Positions 41,725 through 55,864 are shown, counted from the first letter of the stretch. The stretch: 64,000 bases of DNA from Nymphaea colorata (GCF_008831285.2 NC_045138.2:41664001-41728000), one strand, 5' to 3'. The notes: generated by a model from the letters alone, not told the origin. Made by a program: numbers and translations.

Positions 41725-42971
41725 GGAATATTAGGAACATGCAGGGCATTATGAAGACAATATTTGTTCAGTAATGATAAACTCCCTTTTCCAGCCACAG
41801 AAATAGAAGAACCATCAGCCATAGAAACACGCTGCTGCCCAGAAGTCAACTTGTATTCTTGAAACATCTTAGGGTCCCCGGTCATATGATGAGTAGCCCC
41901 ACTGTCAACAATCCAATCACCGGGAGAGGAATTACCTTGATCACTTGTAGCAACAAGAGCCTGAGCTAATTTAGCTCCATCAGACGTAGATGTGTCCTCT
42001 GACGTAGTAGAAAGGCGACTGATGTAAGCTTGTAGTTCCTTGATTTGATCAGGAGAAAGCCTCGATTTTTCACCACTTGAAGAACCACTCTGAGTTGAGT
42101 CCTGCACAAGAGGACCTCGCCGACTAGACGGAGGGCGACCACGAACAAGTCTCTTCTCAGGGTGAAGATCCCAACAGAAGTCAACAGAATGTCCTGATTT
42201 GTGACAATGTGTACATCGCCTAACAGGGCGCGGTCCAGACACAGAAGAACGGCTAACAAAGGCCGAGGGACCAGTCCCGTGACTGGGGTCAATTTGCATC
42301 ACTTGACGCCTTTGTTCCTCGGATTCCACTCTGGCATAAACATCTTCTATTCCAGGAATCTCATCACAGTTGAGAATTTGACTCCGAATGGATTCAAACT
42401 CATCACGCAAGCCTCCAAGGAAGAGGAACGTCCGGTCCATCCATTCCTTTTCCCAGTACCGAGCATGATCAGAACCACAGTCCCAGTTATCATTCACATG
42501 ATAATCAAGTTCCTCCCACTTAGTTTTCAGGGCTGCATAGAAGGAGGCAACAGACAGGTCACCCTGTTTCAGAGAATAAATACTGCGTTTAATCTGATAC
42601 GTACGCAGAACCCTTTTCTTGCGACCATACATCCTTGCAAGCACAGTCCACATATCAAACGAAGTCGGCTTCCGCAGAATAAGAGGCTGAATATCAGCAG
42701 ACACAGAGCTGATGATCCACACCTTAACCTGACTGTCTTCCAACACCCACGTCGCCCATTGAGGATCAGTTTTGCTGGGCGCCGGTTTGTCGCCTGTGAT
42801 ATAGGAAAGACGACCACGGCTCGTTATCCCAATCTCGAGAGCAGCAGACCAAGAGAGATAATTGTCTTTAGTCAGACGAATGGGCGTGACCTGAACCGGC
42901 AAGATCTCGCTCTTGGGAGCGCTGCCCGCGTCAAAGGCCATATCACTTTTAGGTGCAATCTCTTCCGCCAT
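41721..42971 (-). CDS. Copia E gag-protease
   Basis: gag with CTHCHKSGHSVDFC knuckle and WIVDSGATHH. Ends at a 1-nt frameshift. Confidence 0.85.
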   Translation of the reverse strand: MAEEIAPKSDMAFDAGSAPKSEILPVQVTPIRLTKDNYLSWSAALEIGITSRGRLSYITGDKPAPSKTDPQWATWVLEDSQVKVWIISSVSADIQPLILRKPTSFDMWTVLARMYGRKKRVLRTYQIKRSIYSLKQGDLSVASFYAALKTKWEELDYHVNDNWDCGSDHARYWEKEWMDRTFLFLGGLRDEFESIRSQILNCDEIPGIEDVYARVESEEQRRQVMQIDPSHGTGPSAFVSRSSVSGPRPVRRCTHCHKSGHSVDFCWDLHPEKRLVRGRPPSSRRGPLVQDSTQSGSSSGEKSRLSPDQIKELQAYISRLSTTSEDTSTSDGAKLAQALVATSDQGNSSPGDWIVDSGATHHMTGDPKMFQEYKLTSGQQRVSMADGSSISVAGKGSLSLLNKYCLHNALHVPNIP

Positions 42972-44331
42972 CACAAGCAGTCAAGTCAGACACAACACCA
43001 GGCAGCAACAAGACAGCACGGCGGCGGCTGAAACACCAGCACCACACGGAACCTTAGGTGTCGGCGACGGCGCTTGATCGCCCGACGGCGGCGACGCAGA
43101 GGCGTGACGGCGCTGGACACCCACGGCAGCGGAAAGATGGGATGGCGCTGGATCGTCCGACGGTGGAAAAGGAGACACCCACGGCAGCGGAAGTCACAAG
43201 CGGCAACAGGCGGCGGCGCTGGATCGTCTGACGGCGGCGGCGCAGAAGATCCCAATGGCGGCGGCGCGGGAAACCCTAACGGCGCAGGCGGCAGCGGTGC
43301 AAGGGCGACTACGAACATACGAGACGAAGCCGAACGATCTCACGGCTCTGATACCATGTAGAAACATGCAACACACGAGAGAAGAAGAGAGGAACACACG
43401 ATATACGTGGAAAAACCTCAGAAAGAGGAAAAAACCACGGGAAGCTCTGACCTAGGTGCACACCGCAACCCTAGGAGAGAGAAAAGTTATATTCACTTAA
43501 TCACACAATTACACTTAAGTGAAGATTATATAGGAGGGAGAGAAGAATGCCGCCTAGGGTACCGAGCCGGCCTCGGTACCCGTGCCCCATGGGACCGGAT
43601 CCAGAAATGGACCCGGTTCCCCATTACATCTATTTTAACAATAGGTATGTCTAATTGTAAGCCTGTTGGAACTCCTAGTGTTCTAAATCAAAGACTAAGT
43701 ACTCAGGACGGGAAATGATATGATGATCCTACACAATATCGAAGCATTGTTGGGGCACTCCAATATCTTACATTCACTAGACCAGATATTATATATGCTC
43801 TAAATCAAGTATCTCAATTTATGCATGCACCTAGAGATACTCACATGGATGCTGTCAAAAGAATATTAAAATATCTAAAAGGGAGAGCGGGAGATGGCTT
43901 AGTTTATGGTAAGAGTGGAAATATAACTACTGGACATCAACTTATGACATTCACAGATGTAGATTGTGCTGGAGATCCTGAACAAAGAAAGTCTATTTAT
44001 GGTTTTTGTATTTTCACTGGATGTAACCTTGTGTCTTGGAGTTGTCGAAAGCAAAAGGCAATGGCAAGATCCAGCACTGAAGCTGAATACAGATGTATGG
44101 CTGCAGGTACTGCTGAAGTTACATGGGTTAGACATTTGCTAGAGGACATTGGAGAAAAGATTCGAATATCAATGTTATTGTGCGAAAATCAAAGCACTAT
44201 TAACATTGCTTTTAATCCCATACAACATAGTCAAACAAAGCACATTGAGATTGATCAACATTTTATTAGACAAAAGGTGGAGACAAGGAGATTCAGCCTA
44301 TTTATGTTCGTACTAATTAACCAGTCACAAA

Positions 44332-44667
44332 CTTTGTCACATGGGTACTGCTGTAAAGGCAGCGTGCCCGTACCGGCCAGGTACTGGTGCTGGTACTGGT
44401 GCTGTCCTGGGTACCTCTTGGGTACCGGTCAAACAGTATCGGGTACGGTCAACATACCCAGGACTGTATCCATCCAATTTAAGACTCGATCAAAGTTGAC
44501 CGAGTCCTTATCCAAAATTTATGATTTCAGTTTTGTTCTTTACACCATTTACACTCAGGAAACACATACAAAGCTGTGTTTTCATATTTTTTTCAATAGT
44601 TTCTTCCTTAGAAACTATAAATTTTGAATCATGAATGCGCTATTTTCTTTGAATTCCTATTTTATGT

Positions 44668-44745
<78 letters not shown>

Positions 44746-44831
44746 CATACGTACCCCCGTACCCAAGTTTTTTGAAAATAGGCCAAACCAGTACCCGTAC
44801 CAGCACCCGTACCGGTACCTATGTGACATAG
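44332..44831. mobile_element. hAT-type MITE (CTATGTCACA family) inserted in the RNaseH of element A
   Basis: TIR ctttgtcacatgggtac / gtacctatgtgacatag. TSD gtcacaaa / gtcacaga. Confidence 0.82.
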
Positions 44832-45730
44832 GTCACAGACTTATTTACAAAAGGATTAACGAAGCAATGATTCTGGTTTCTAAAAGGCAAGTTGTACATA
44901 GTGCAAAACCATATACAACTTGAGGGAGGATGATAAGATGTTGGATCTAATCTGATCTAGATCCAACACGTCTAACTATGTCTGTTCACATTTATCTAGG
45001 CAGAGTCATGATTGTAATTTTTGTAATTGTTTCATTATGATTATAATTTTTGTAATTGTTTCATTCTAGACTCTAGATTATTGTGTTTGCTTCACTCTAG
45101 ACTCTAGATTATTGTGGTTGCTTCATTCTAGATTCTTGTAAACTGTGTAGAATGATCATTATATAAATGGGTTGCGTGAGAATGTCAAACCTTTTCTCTT
45201 TTCTTGTTCTCTCTCTTAAATTTTCCTTCGCTGAAACTGATCGTGGGTTATAGTTTGATACCCAAAATCTATCACTCCTGGGGTTATGGTTGGTTACTTT
45301 ATGACTTCGGATTGTTTGTTTATCTTTCTTTGCAAATTGATCCCTGAATAGATGGCCTGTAACTAATACCATACATGAGGTACTTTTATTTCCTAAATGG
45401 ATGAGAACGATATTGTCATTCTTCATTCTTTAGGTTTTCTTTTATATTTGAGGAACTACTTAATTGATTGTTAGTTGGTGACTCATTCTTTTATAATTTT
45501 ATTTTTCCCCTTTTCTGTTGTTCATTGAGTTTCATTTTAGAATATTTCTACTTTTCTCTTGGCCTTAGCTCACTATTTGTAATTCTTGCATGATTTCCTG
45601 TGGTTATACCACAAATGCATGTAACAAAGCTATGAGATAATTCATTTCCAGTGCTCTCTGATTGCCAAAGTAAATGATCTCATGTTATCTTGATTTCAAA
45701 TTATAACATCTACTCCTTATTCGGTTTTAG

Positions 45731-45808
45731 CTTCTGAAGAAGGCATCTGCCCGTCAGATAGCCAAAAAAGCTTCACCAGTGGAGCACCTGCGACTAGCGC
45801 TGCAACAG
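45731..45808 (+). CDS. COP1: COP1 exon 2
   Basis: ttttag|LLKKASARQIAKKASPVEHLRLALQQ|gt. 78 nt, in frame; too short to appear in the ORF track. Confidence 0.93.
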
Positions 45809-46824
45809 GTATTTGTTGAGTATCTGATAATAAATCAATTTCTTATCTTCTAAAGCCCCAATAATGCTCTAAATAGTGATTGTTTACATGTAGTTTCTAA
45901 ATGATGTTAAGTGCTTTTTCTTGATTTTTTTCCCCTTACCATGTGGTTTCCAACCTATGAAATCTATCTTTGTCCTCACTTGGTAGTTGTCTAATACCTT
46001 GCAACTAGGCTTTTCATTATAACTGGTACTTCTTGAAACTGTGGTGGTCTTTGTTCTAGGTATCTTTGTCTTTGTCTCCTCTCTGAGAAACTGTCTCCTT
46101 TGTTGAACTGTTCTTTATTTTGGAGATTATCCAGCAATTAGCCTTGATGTGACCTCATTTATTGCAATAGAAGCATGTAGGCACATCCTTAGATGAGAAG
46201 GCAGGAGCAGTATTGGGGGTAGGCATCAACTTGCGCCCCCACACCATCGCCCCCCCCCCCCCCCCCAATAAGATCCTTTGCCTTGTCCTTGTCCTCCTCT
46301 AAAACCAACCCCCCTTGACCTATAAATACTGTAGCCTCTTGCAGACCTTGTTAACCAGCTTATATCCCACAATAGGCAGATAAAAAATAGATGCGATTTG
46401 ATTCAAGTATTTCATGATAGACATTGTTCCTTTAGAGAGTGTCTGAAATTTACACTGAAGATAGGATCTAGCCTAGAAAATCTGAGAATAAGTCTTCACA
46501 AGATTGTCCGACTTCATCAAGAACACACACCAGTACTTCCTGGGAAAGGATAAAAGTAAAAAGCAATTGCCACTTGAACGCATTTCAACCAGGCCTCAAA
46601 CATTGGATTTGGAAATTAATTTTTGAGTAGCAACTTTATTCCCATCCTATATAAGTAATTGCATCTGCCGTAGCCTAGAAACAAAATGTGGTAGCTGCAT
46701 TAAATGAAACACATGCACCATAATGCCATCTCCCAACTGCCATGTCCACTTGTTTTATCATATATTTCGAGGTCATAGTAATACAGATGTCGGGTTGAGA
46801 ACTTAGAGTTGTAGAGGAAGGAAA

Positions 46825-47494
46825 CTATGTCATATGGATTCTTCAAAAAGGGTGTTGCACTCACGTCGATGCGGGTGTAGGTGCGGACATGGGGGCATGG
46901 CTTCTACACACACTTGGGCACGATCAATGCACATCAGGTGCTGTTAACCACACGTGCCCTTTTTTTGCCAAAAAAAATTCGTTCACTCACTTTTTCTCCT
47001 TTTTCTCTCTCTTTCACTTTTTGCTTTTGCCTCTCTTTTTTTTTCTTCCCCTTCTATATTTCCCCTCCCTCTCTCTCTTCTGCTCTCTTTTCTAGTCTTT
47101 TTGGGTCACACACATCTCTCTCTTTCTCTTTCTCATCTTGTAAAGGAGGACTATATCTGATTGTTTTCCAGATGGTTAAAATTTAAAAATTCACGCTAAA
47201 AGAATTAGAAAACGTTGCTAAAACCACCATAACCGTTTCTGCATTATATGCCGTGGCTAATACCAATTAAGTGATAGTTTTTTAGCTACAGCTTTTTAAA
47301 TTTTAACCATCCAGCAACATCTGATAGATGACAACATTGAACTCCTATATATATATATGTGTGTATATTTATATGCGCACGATATATATATGTATATTTA
47401 TATGCCTGCACTCGCACCCAAGTTTTTAAAAAAGAAAATGCTCGGGCCTGCATATGAACCCATACCAACTACACCTTGCACCCATGTGACATAG
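46825..47494. mobile_element. hAT-type MITE (CTATGTCACA family) in COP1 intron 2
   Basis: TIR ctatgtcatatgg / ccatgtgacatag. TSD gaaggaaa / gaaggaac. Confidence 0.8.
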
Positions 47495-48315
47495 GAAGGA
47501 ACAAAGCTTGTGATGGATCCAATACTTTACCTGCCATCAAGTAATCTTTCACCGTGCATACTGGCTGGTGCACCTTTTCTCTTCCTGCCAAAAGGTCTGC
47601 CTCTTTTATGCGTGATGCATTTCCCTTCTCCTCTGAAGTTCGCCACATTCGATTTTAAATGAGCGTCAAGATACTCATATTTCATTGTATTCGTTTTCAT
47701 CCTCGACTTCCTAGGGTTCACCATAGCTCATTTATGTCTCATCTTTCTTTTTTCTTTTTTTTTCAATCTTCTTTTTCTTTAAAGTGTCAAGCATATCCAA
47801 ACATTTTTGCCTCACATATGGTGGAAATGGATTCTCTCTACTGCCAGTGCAATAGCCACATGAGGGTGGTGTTTTACTCTAATCATCCCTCATCATAACT
47901 GATTATGACAGCAATTGCATTTAAGTCTTAATTGGCCGTTCTCATTCACGGTTGCAGACCGTTGCCTTTGGGTGTATGTGATCGAAAGCCATATTTCAAA
48001 AAACAAATGAAAAGCTATGGTAAACTTAAGGAAAGAATAGAAATTTATGGTGAAAATGAGAGATTTCATACCTCTCGTAGAAAAAATAGAAAACTCTCTT
48101 GCTTTAAACAAAAATGGTCACCCACGCACAAATCTTCTCTTAAATGGACAATTTGTCCCTCAAATTAACAAATTCTTCTTCAAATCGACAATTTCTCCCG
48201 AAACTATTAAGAACCTTCCATCCTTCAACTCTTAGAAATGCTTTAGATATAAGTGTATTGTGTTTCTCAAATGATATGATATGTATTGTATGATATGGCT
48301 CTGTATCATACGATG

Positions 48316-51300
48316 TGTAGAAATAATAGACGCACAAGAACTAAAGATCTAACACAGATGTAACGTGAAAAACCCTCAACTAGAGGGAAAAAACCACGGG
48401 TAAGGAGGTCTGGTGCCCACTAGCCGCCAGACTCTCTCTCTCTTAGAAACTTCATTAACATACAAGATTAGGGTTTACAATGGTATAAGTATGCCCAAAC
48501 TAGGACACAATGGATCGGGTCCAGACCCGGACCCATACATCAAGATCCGTCAACACTCCCCCTCAAGTTGGGCATACATATCAAACATGCCCAACTTGGA
48601 TACATTTCTCTCAAATGGAGTTACATGTAAAGCTTTAGTTAGAATATCAGCAGTTTGGTCTTCAGACTTCATGTATGGTAATGTTAACTCCCTGGCATCA
48701 ATTCTTTCTCTGATGAAGTGACGGTCAATCTCAACATGCTTTGTTCGATCATGAAGCACCAGATTGTTAGCCAAGTTAATCGCAGACTTGTTATCACAAT
48801 ACATCCTCATAGGCCCTTCAATCTCTATCCCAATATCAGTCAGCAAGATCTTTAGCCACAACAACTCTGATACTCCAGTAGCAACTGCCCTATATTTAGC
48901 TTCTGCACTTGAGCGGGAGCAGACATCTTGTCTCTTGCTTCTCTAAACAACTAGATTTCCCCCCAAGTAAACGCAGTACCCTGAAGTAGATCTTCTGGTG
49001 TCAACCTGCATCAGAATACCCTTCAATTTCTATAGACCTTTGTTTCACATATAGAAGTCCCTTGCCAGGATTCTTCTTCAAGTAACACAGGATTCTATCT
49101 ACAACCTTCAAGTGCGCATTCGTAGGTGCATGCATAAACTGGCTCATCACATTTACAGCAAAGGTGATATCCGGTCTAGTCAGAGTGAGGTATATCAATT
49201 TACCAACTAGTTGTTGATATCTCCCTTTAGCTTCTTCACACAAAAGTTCTCCATCCTTGCTACCGAGTTTGTGCTCAGCATCCAGAGGAGTAGAAGCTGG
49301 TCTGCATTCCAGTTTTCCTGTCTCCTTCAGTAAATCCAAGGTATACTTCCTTTGATTAAGCACAAGAGTTGTACCTGATCTGGCAATTTCAATACCAAGG
49401 AAATACTTTAGCTTGCCAAGGTCCTTGAGATCAAATTCAGCCGATAGTAAACCCTTTAATCTTGCTATCTCTTTTTCATCATTACCTGTAACAATCATAT
49501 CATCAACATAAACCAGCAGTAGAGTAACTTTACCCTCTATCCTCTTTACAAAGAGAGTATGATCTCCATTTCCTTGTTTTTAGCCATGCTTCTTCATAAC
49601 AAGTCTGAGACATTCAAACCATGCTCGGGGAGACTGTTTGAACCCATACAAAGCCTTCTTCAGTTTACAACATTCTCAAAACCCGGGGGCATACACATAT
49701 ATACTTCCTCTTCGAGATCTCCGTTGAGAAAGACATTTTTAACATCGAGTTGGCACATCTCCCAACCCTTCAGTAGCACAAAAGAAATAATAACTCTAAT
49801 AGCCTTCATCTTCGCAACTGGGGCAAACGTCTCTAAGTAGTCGATCCCATATTTCTGACTGAACCCCTTGGCCACCAGACGTGCTTTGTACCTCTCAATG
49901 TTCCCATCTGGTTTGTACTTAATGGTGTAGACCCACTTTGACCCCACCAAATGAGCTTCTTCAGGAATCTCTACCACCTCCCATGTTTGATTTCTGTCTA
50001 AGGCCTCCATTTCTTCTTGCATAGCATGAGTCCACTTGGGGTCACTCTGAGCCTCTGTAACATTCATGGGAATCACATCCACAGACAAGGAGGATACAAA
50101 ACATTTGTAGTCAGTGCTCAATCTAGAATAAGATACAAAGTTACCAATAGGGTGTTGGTACATGACCTGACACCCTTTCTCAGGGCAATGGGAAGATCCT
50201 CCTTTTCATTTTCTGTCTTGACTTTCTCTTTCAACAGGTTGCTACTGAGCATGACTTGGGTCATCCAAGGAAGAAGTAGGATTGGGATTCGGAGTGGACT
50301 TCTCACTATCAATCACCTTGTCAGTACAAACTCTTCTCCTAGAATACACCTGCAGACGATTGCATCTTTTTTCTGTCTCCATAGGACACTCTCTCTCCTT
50401 TCCCTGTTCATGTACCTCAATAGACGTTCCATCTTCTTCTTTTCCAAGCACATCGACAGGTGGATTCTCTTCACGCCTGTAATCCAAAAAATCTGTAAAC
50501 TGAATTTCCTGACTTGGAAAATACTCTTCCTTAGACATTGACTTCTCCCCTTGAAGAGAATTCTCACCAAAATAAAAGACATGTTCCAAGAATGTGACAT
50601 CCTTGGTAATGTGAACTCGACCAGTTGGGATCTAGACATTTATACCCCTTTTGAGTAGGAGAATACCCAAGAAATATTCCCTTAATTGATTTGGAGTCAA
50701 GTTTTTTCACATTCGGGCTGTGATTATGAATGAAACACACACATCCAAAGACCCGAGGAGGAAGGTGAAAAGGTTGGCTACTCCCTGGAAGCATGGAGTA
50801 GCATGTACGACCATTTAGCACTCGACTAGGCATGCGATTAATCAAATAGGCACTAGTAATGACTGCATCTCCCCAATAATATTTTGGAAGATTCCTTTGG
50901 AACAGTAAAGTTGTGGTGCCATTTAGTAACTGACGGTTTTTTCTCTCAGCAACTCCATTTTAAGGAGGTGTATAACTACATGATGTCTTATGAACAAACC
51001 CCCTCTTTCGAAGAAATTCCTCGACAGTGAGACACATATACTCACGAGCATTATCAGACCGGAATGTCTTGACAGACTCACCATACTGGTTTTCCACTAG
51101 GAGGATGAAGGTTTCTATAATATGAGGCACTTCGCTAAAGTCTTTCAACAGATAAACAAAAGTACACCTTGAATAGTCATCTATGAAAGTCATAAAGTAC
51201 TGAAAACCACCACGAGAATGAATGCCTGAAGGCCCCCACACATCAGAATGAATCAAGGAGAAAGCTTTATTAGCAAGACTATTTGAAATTGGATACGAAG

Positions 51301-53582
51301 CTCTCACATGCTTCGCAAACTGACACACATCACAAGATAACATGGAAATGTTTAAACTGGAACATAATTCAGGGAACAATTATTTCAAAATCCCAAAAGG
51401 GAGATGACCAAGGCGTTCATGCCAATATAAAAATAACGGACGACACTCTTCCTTCTTCTTCTCTGTCCTGCTGACTGCTGACATAAGGGCTGTGGCAACG
51501 CGTATTGGAAGCCGATATAAACCATCATACACCAAACCAATCCCAATCTTCTTCCCTGTCACCAAGTCCTGCAAAACACAACGGTTTTCAGAAAATATAA
51601 GTTCACAGTTGAGTTCCTTGGTAATCTTGCTAACAGATAAAAGATTTAAGGGAAGATGGAGAACATGCAAGGCACCATGCACTAAAAAATTGTTCAACAA
51701 AGAAAGACTCCCTTTCCCTGCCACAAAGGTAAAGGAGCCATCGGCAAGGGACACACGTTCCTTTCCCGATGATAGCTTGTAGTCATGAAAGAGTTTGGGG
51801 TTGCCAGTCATGTGATGAGTGGCACCGCTATCAACAATCCACTCTCCCATGCAAGAAGTACCTTGTTCACCTGAAACAGCCAGTGCCTGATTGACCTTCA
51901 CCTCATCTGACGTGTCTGCCTGACCAACATCAATCTGGCTCAAATATGCGCGCAACTCACGAATCTGTTTTGCAGAAATAGAAACTTTACTATCACTAGG
52001 ATTCGTTGCATTCAAAATAGGCTTCTTTCCACTAGAAGACCACCCCCTACTATTCTTCTTCTCTGGATGCAGGTCCCAACAAAAGTCCATAGTATGACCA
52101 AGTTTTTTGCAGTGTGTACATTTACGGGAAGAACGGGTAGTTCCCATAGAGACACGGCTAACGAAGGCAGACCGTTCATTGTGAGACATGGGATCCTCCT
52201 TTCTCCCACTTATGACCAGCCTCCTCTACTCTTCAGCTTCAACATGAGAATAAACATCTTCAATACCGAATGATTCCTCAGAGTTAAGAATCTGCCTCCT
52301 TATATTCTCGAATTCATCGTTCAGTCCTGCTAAGAAAAGGAATACCCTATTCTCCCACTCCTTGGCCATATACTGCATCTGGTCTTGGGCACAACTCCAT
52401 GTAACATCAGAATGGTAGTCAAGGTCCTCCCACTTAGATTTTAATGCTGCGTAGAAATCTGCGACAGAGAGATCCCCTTGTCGCAGGCAATACGCATCCT
52501 TCATTAGTTGATACACACAAACTTTTCTTTTCATCTGACCATACATCTGTTCCAAAATAATCCACATATCCCTCGCAATCTTCTTATGAAGAATGAGGGG
52601 TTGAATATCCGAAGACACTGAATTAACAATCCAAGTTTTTACTTGGTTGTCCTCAAGAAACCATGTATCCCAAGCCATACTATCCACAGCAGGTTCGACC
52701 TTTCTTCTATTCACATAGGCAATTCGTCCTCGACCAGCGATCCCCATAGTAATTGCAGCGGACCATCGTAGATAATTCTCCTTGGTAAGTCGAATGGTGG
52801 TAACTTGAACCGTTACATTATCAGTTCTCACGGTCCCAACATCAGGTTGATTGGTATGGACTGTGGAGGAGGAAGACGAGTCGGCCATGATCACCAACTA
52901 CAAACGGCTGACCATCAGAGACACAGAGCAGCGGCAACCCTTGAGAACAACACACCTGAGAGTCACCGACAGCAATGATCAAGTCAGGTGACTCAGAGGG
53001 CAGTAGATGATGCAGAGACACTGGGATCTGGTCGGACGGCGCTGGAGCCTGGTCGGGCGATGCTGGAGCGATCAGCGGCGCTGGGAAAAAACAGCGATGG
53101 CGCTGGAGCAGAACGACTGCACAACTAGGGCACGGGCGGCAAAGGGCAGCGGCGGTAGATGGCAGCGGCGGAGGAGCAGAGGGCAGCGGCAGATATGGGC
53201 GACGCAGAGGGTCTCAGGCGATGCAGCTGGGCGGCAGCAGCAGCAGCAGGAGGAGCAGTGGCGGCAGCAGCAGCAAGTGGTTCAGGGTTGGAACTTCACA
53301 ACCCTAAAAAAAATTTTTCCAAGCTCGCTAGCTCTGATACCATGTAGAAATAATAAACGCACAAGAACCAAAGATCGAACACAGATGTAACGTGGAAAAC
53401 CCTCAACTAGAGGGAAAAAACCACGGGTAAGGAGGTCTGGTGCCCACTAGCCGCCAGACTCTCTCTCTCTTAGAAACTTCATTAACATCCAAGATTAGGG
53501 TTTACAATGGTATAAGTATGCCCAAACTAGGACACAAGGGATCGGGTCCAGACCCGGACCCATACATCAAGATCCGTCAAGA
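48316..53582 (-). mobile_element. Ty1/copia element F in COP1 intron 2; full length, decayed, related to E
   Basis: 240-bp LTRs at 48316-48555 and 53343-53582 (about 7 mismatches by eye). Perfect TSD CGATG, PBS at 53330-53342 and PPT. gag-pol broken by stops and frameshifts. Confidence 0.95.
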
Positions 53583-53649
53583 CGATGCATACAAGATTGA
53601 CTATGGCAAAATCCTGTTTAGAATTTTCATAGGCAGATTATTTAAATAT

Positions 53650-55450
53650 GAACAGCCAAATGAAAACATTCAGTCCACAGTCCCATTAACAAAACACTAG
53701 AATCAATCATGGTAAGGTGCTCTCATGATATGAATGTCTTTTTAGGGATCCCATTTTGTCAAGAGATGCAGTGATGAGATACACTTTGAACAATTTAGTT
53801 GACTATTTGACTTGTAAAAATACAATGAAATCATTAGGAGTACTATCCAGCCTCCATTACTTTGAAATTATGAATATGTGAGAAGAGCTGATTTTGAGCA
53901 TGGGTATCCAAGAATACCAAGAATAACCATCAATGTGAAGAACATAATATTTGCTCCTAGAGGAGGAAATATCTAGTGTTAGATCCCAAACATCAGTATG
54001 TACAAGCTCAAATAGCTTTGAAGCACTCTTATTCCAAGATATGAAAAGGAATAACATGTTTTGTGCATATCTAACAAATAAAACATAATCTCGTATTCAC
54101 AACTTGACTCAGGGATTAGTTCATTAGTAACAAGACCCAAAATAATCTCGCGACTAGAATGACCTAACCTACTACAACAAAATCAGACAGTTTGACTACA
54201 TATGCAAAAGACTTCTCAGGAACAGATGTTGAAGGTGATGCTATGATGCTAAGCATTTTCATATAAATTTCTCCTTGAAATTGTGCATGTTCCACATTAT
54301 TGTCCTTCAACATATGTTGTCTTCATGTCAACATCGTCACATACATGGAATAGGGTGAGAGATGATGCAGGGATTTGTGTTACCAATATGTTTAGACTTT
54401 AGAGACAAAAATGGAGATGTTTCTTGATATTGTGGACATAAAGAACATCAGTAGTTTAATGGACTTAGACTGAAAAAAGGAATGGACACATTCCCAGTGT
54501 GTAATGGGATGTTTAGTTATCTCTCCAGCAACAACATTGTTTTCCCCAATGAATGGAACTAATTTAGAAAATTTACCTACATGCCTCGTGACATGTGCAA
54601 CCACACTAGAATTAGTACACTAAACTCCTTGATTGTTCTGCTGTAGTCTTAAGAAAATGTATGGCAACATATAGAGCGTATGTTGCTTGGTGGTGCTCTG
54701 GTTTGATCGTTGTCCTCTAGGCTGATTGAAGTTACCCTCAGTAGTCTATGTTGGATGACCTTTATAATAACAATTAGCAGGCATGCCCAGCTTTTTTCAA
54801 ATAATGCAAGCTAAAACCTTCAGCCTCCATTCTTAACTCTATTTGAATTTGTTGCTTATCCTCCTTGATATCCTCTCTTCTCCTCCTTCAAATAACACCA
54901 CTTGAAAGTATTCTATTATTCTGATGACAAGAAATCACCATTATCAGCCTTAAGATTCATGAGGCAGTTGATCATCCAAGGATTGAATCATGAAAGAATA
55001 AGAAGCATCAAAGTAGTGGAGAGAACTTGATGTTCTGGTCTTAGACCAGAAATAATCTGTTGCACTTTCTACTAATCAAAACCAATTTCCCTTATTGAAG
55101 CCAACTGATCCACATTATTCTGCACCTTGATTAAGTGCGCCATAGTTGTGAATGAACTTTATTAAGATTTTGAAAGTCCTTCAAATACAGAGCTTGAGAT
55201 TATGAGATTGAAGAATAAGTTCTGACCAGTTGTCCCATAACTCAGTCCTGTACTCATCTGGCATCCAATGAGCTCCTCTTGTGATAGAGTCAATGTGAAT
55301 ATGCAACAATAATTTAATCCTTTTCCATCTATAACAAGTAACTTGGATCTCTGACATACGTAACATTGATTGTCCCTTGGTATCTTTCTGATCCTGCATA
55401 ACAAACTCATTGGCGTCATTAGCGAACCATCAAGATGTCTAGAGAGACAA
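53650..55450 (-). pseudogene. Highly decayed copia gag/integrase remnant
   Basis: SASKLFELVHTDVWD...KYYVLHIDGYSWYSW, plus protease- and gag-like fragments upstream. Boundaries approximate. Confidence 0.6.
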
Positions 55451-55570
55451 AAGGAATAATCTTCCTTTCCAAGTCAGAAAATATACTAATTGCCTGGTGA
55501 AGATTATTTATGGCCTTCACAATTTAGCATGAAAATGTATCTGAAACTACAAGTTGATGATCTTAAACAG

Positions 55571-55726
55571 GGGGCTGATATATCCATGAAAGAGCTTGAT
55601 GATCTCTTATCACTTCTTGTGGATAAGAAGAGAAAGATGGAGCAAGAAGAAGCTGAAACAAATATGCAAATATTACTTGATTTTCTACACTGCCTTAGGA
55701 AGCAAAAGCTTCAGGAGTTGAATGAG
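55571..55726 (+). CDS. COP1: COP1 exon 3 (coiled coil)
   Basis: cag|GADISMKELDDLLSLLVDKKRKMEQEEAETNMQILLDFLHCLRKQKLQELNE|gt. Confidence 0.95.
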
Positions 55727-55864
55727 GTTAGCATTCTCATCTTTCTACTTGTATGTAGTAACCTTTGTTTCCTTGTCATTTGTAAGAATCATGTATGTAT
55801 ATGTATGTTTTTATGTTATTATGTTTTTTATGGTTAGTTGAGTATGGACCAGTTTTGTATATAC

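Larger units (their letters stand above)
38467..43640 (-). mobile_element. Ty1/copia element E, young; 3' LTR truncated
   Basis: Complete 5' LTR 43357-43640 and PBS at 43344-43356. The 3' LTR (about 38467-38677) lacks its outer ~75 bp and has one mismatch over the shared part. Confidence 0.95.

Noticed and set aside
42201..43718. Several GC-rich ORFs (276, 110, 103, 95 aa)
   Set aside because: Antisense or leader/LTR shadows of copia E.
53007..53390. Gln/Ala-rich ORFs with CAG repeats
   Set aside because: They lie in the GC-rich 5' leader of element F; low complexity.
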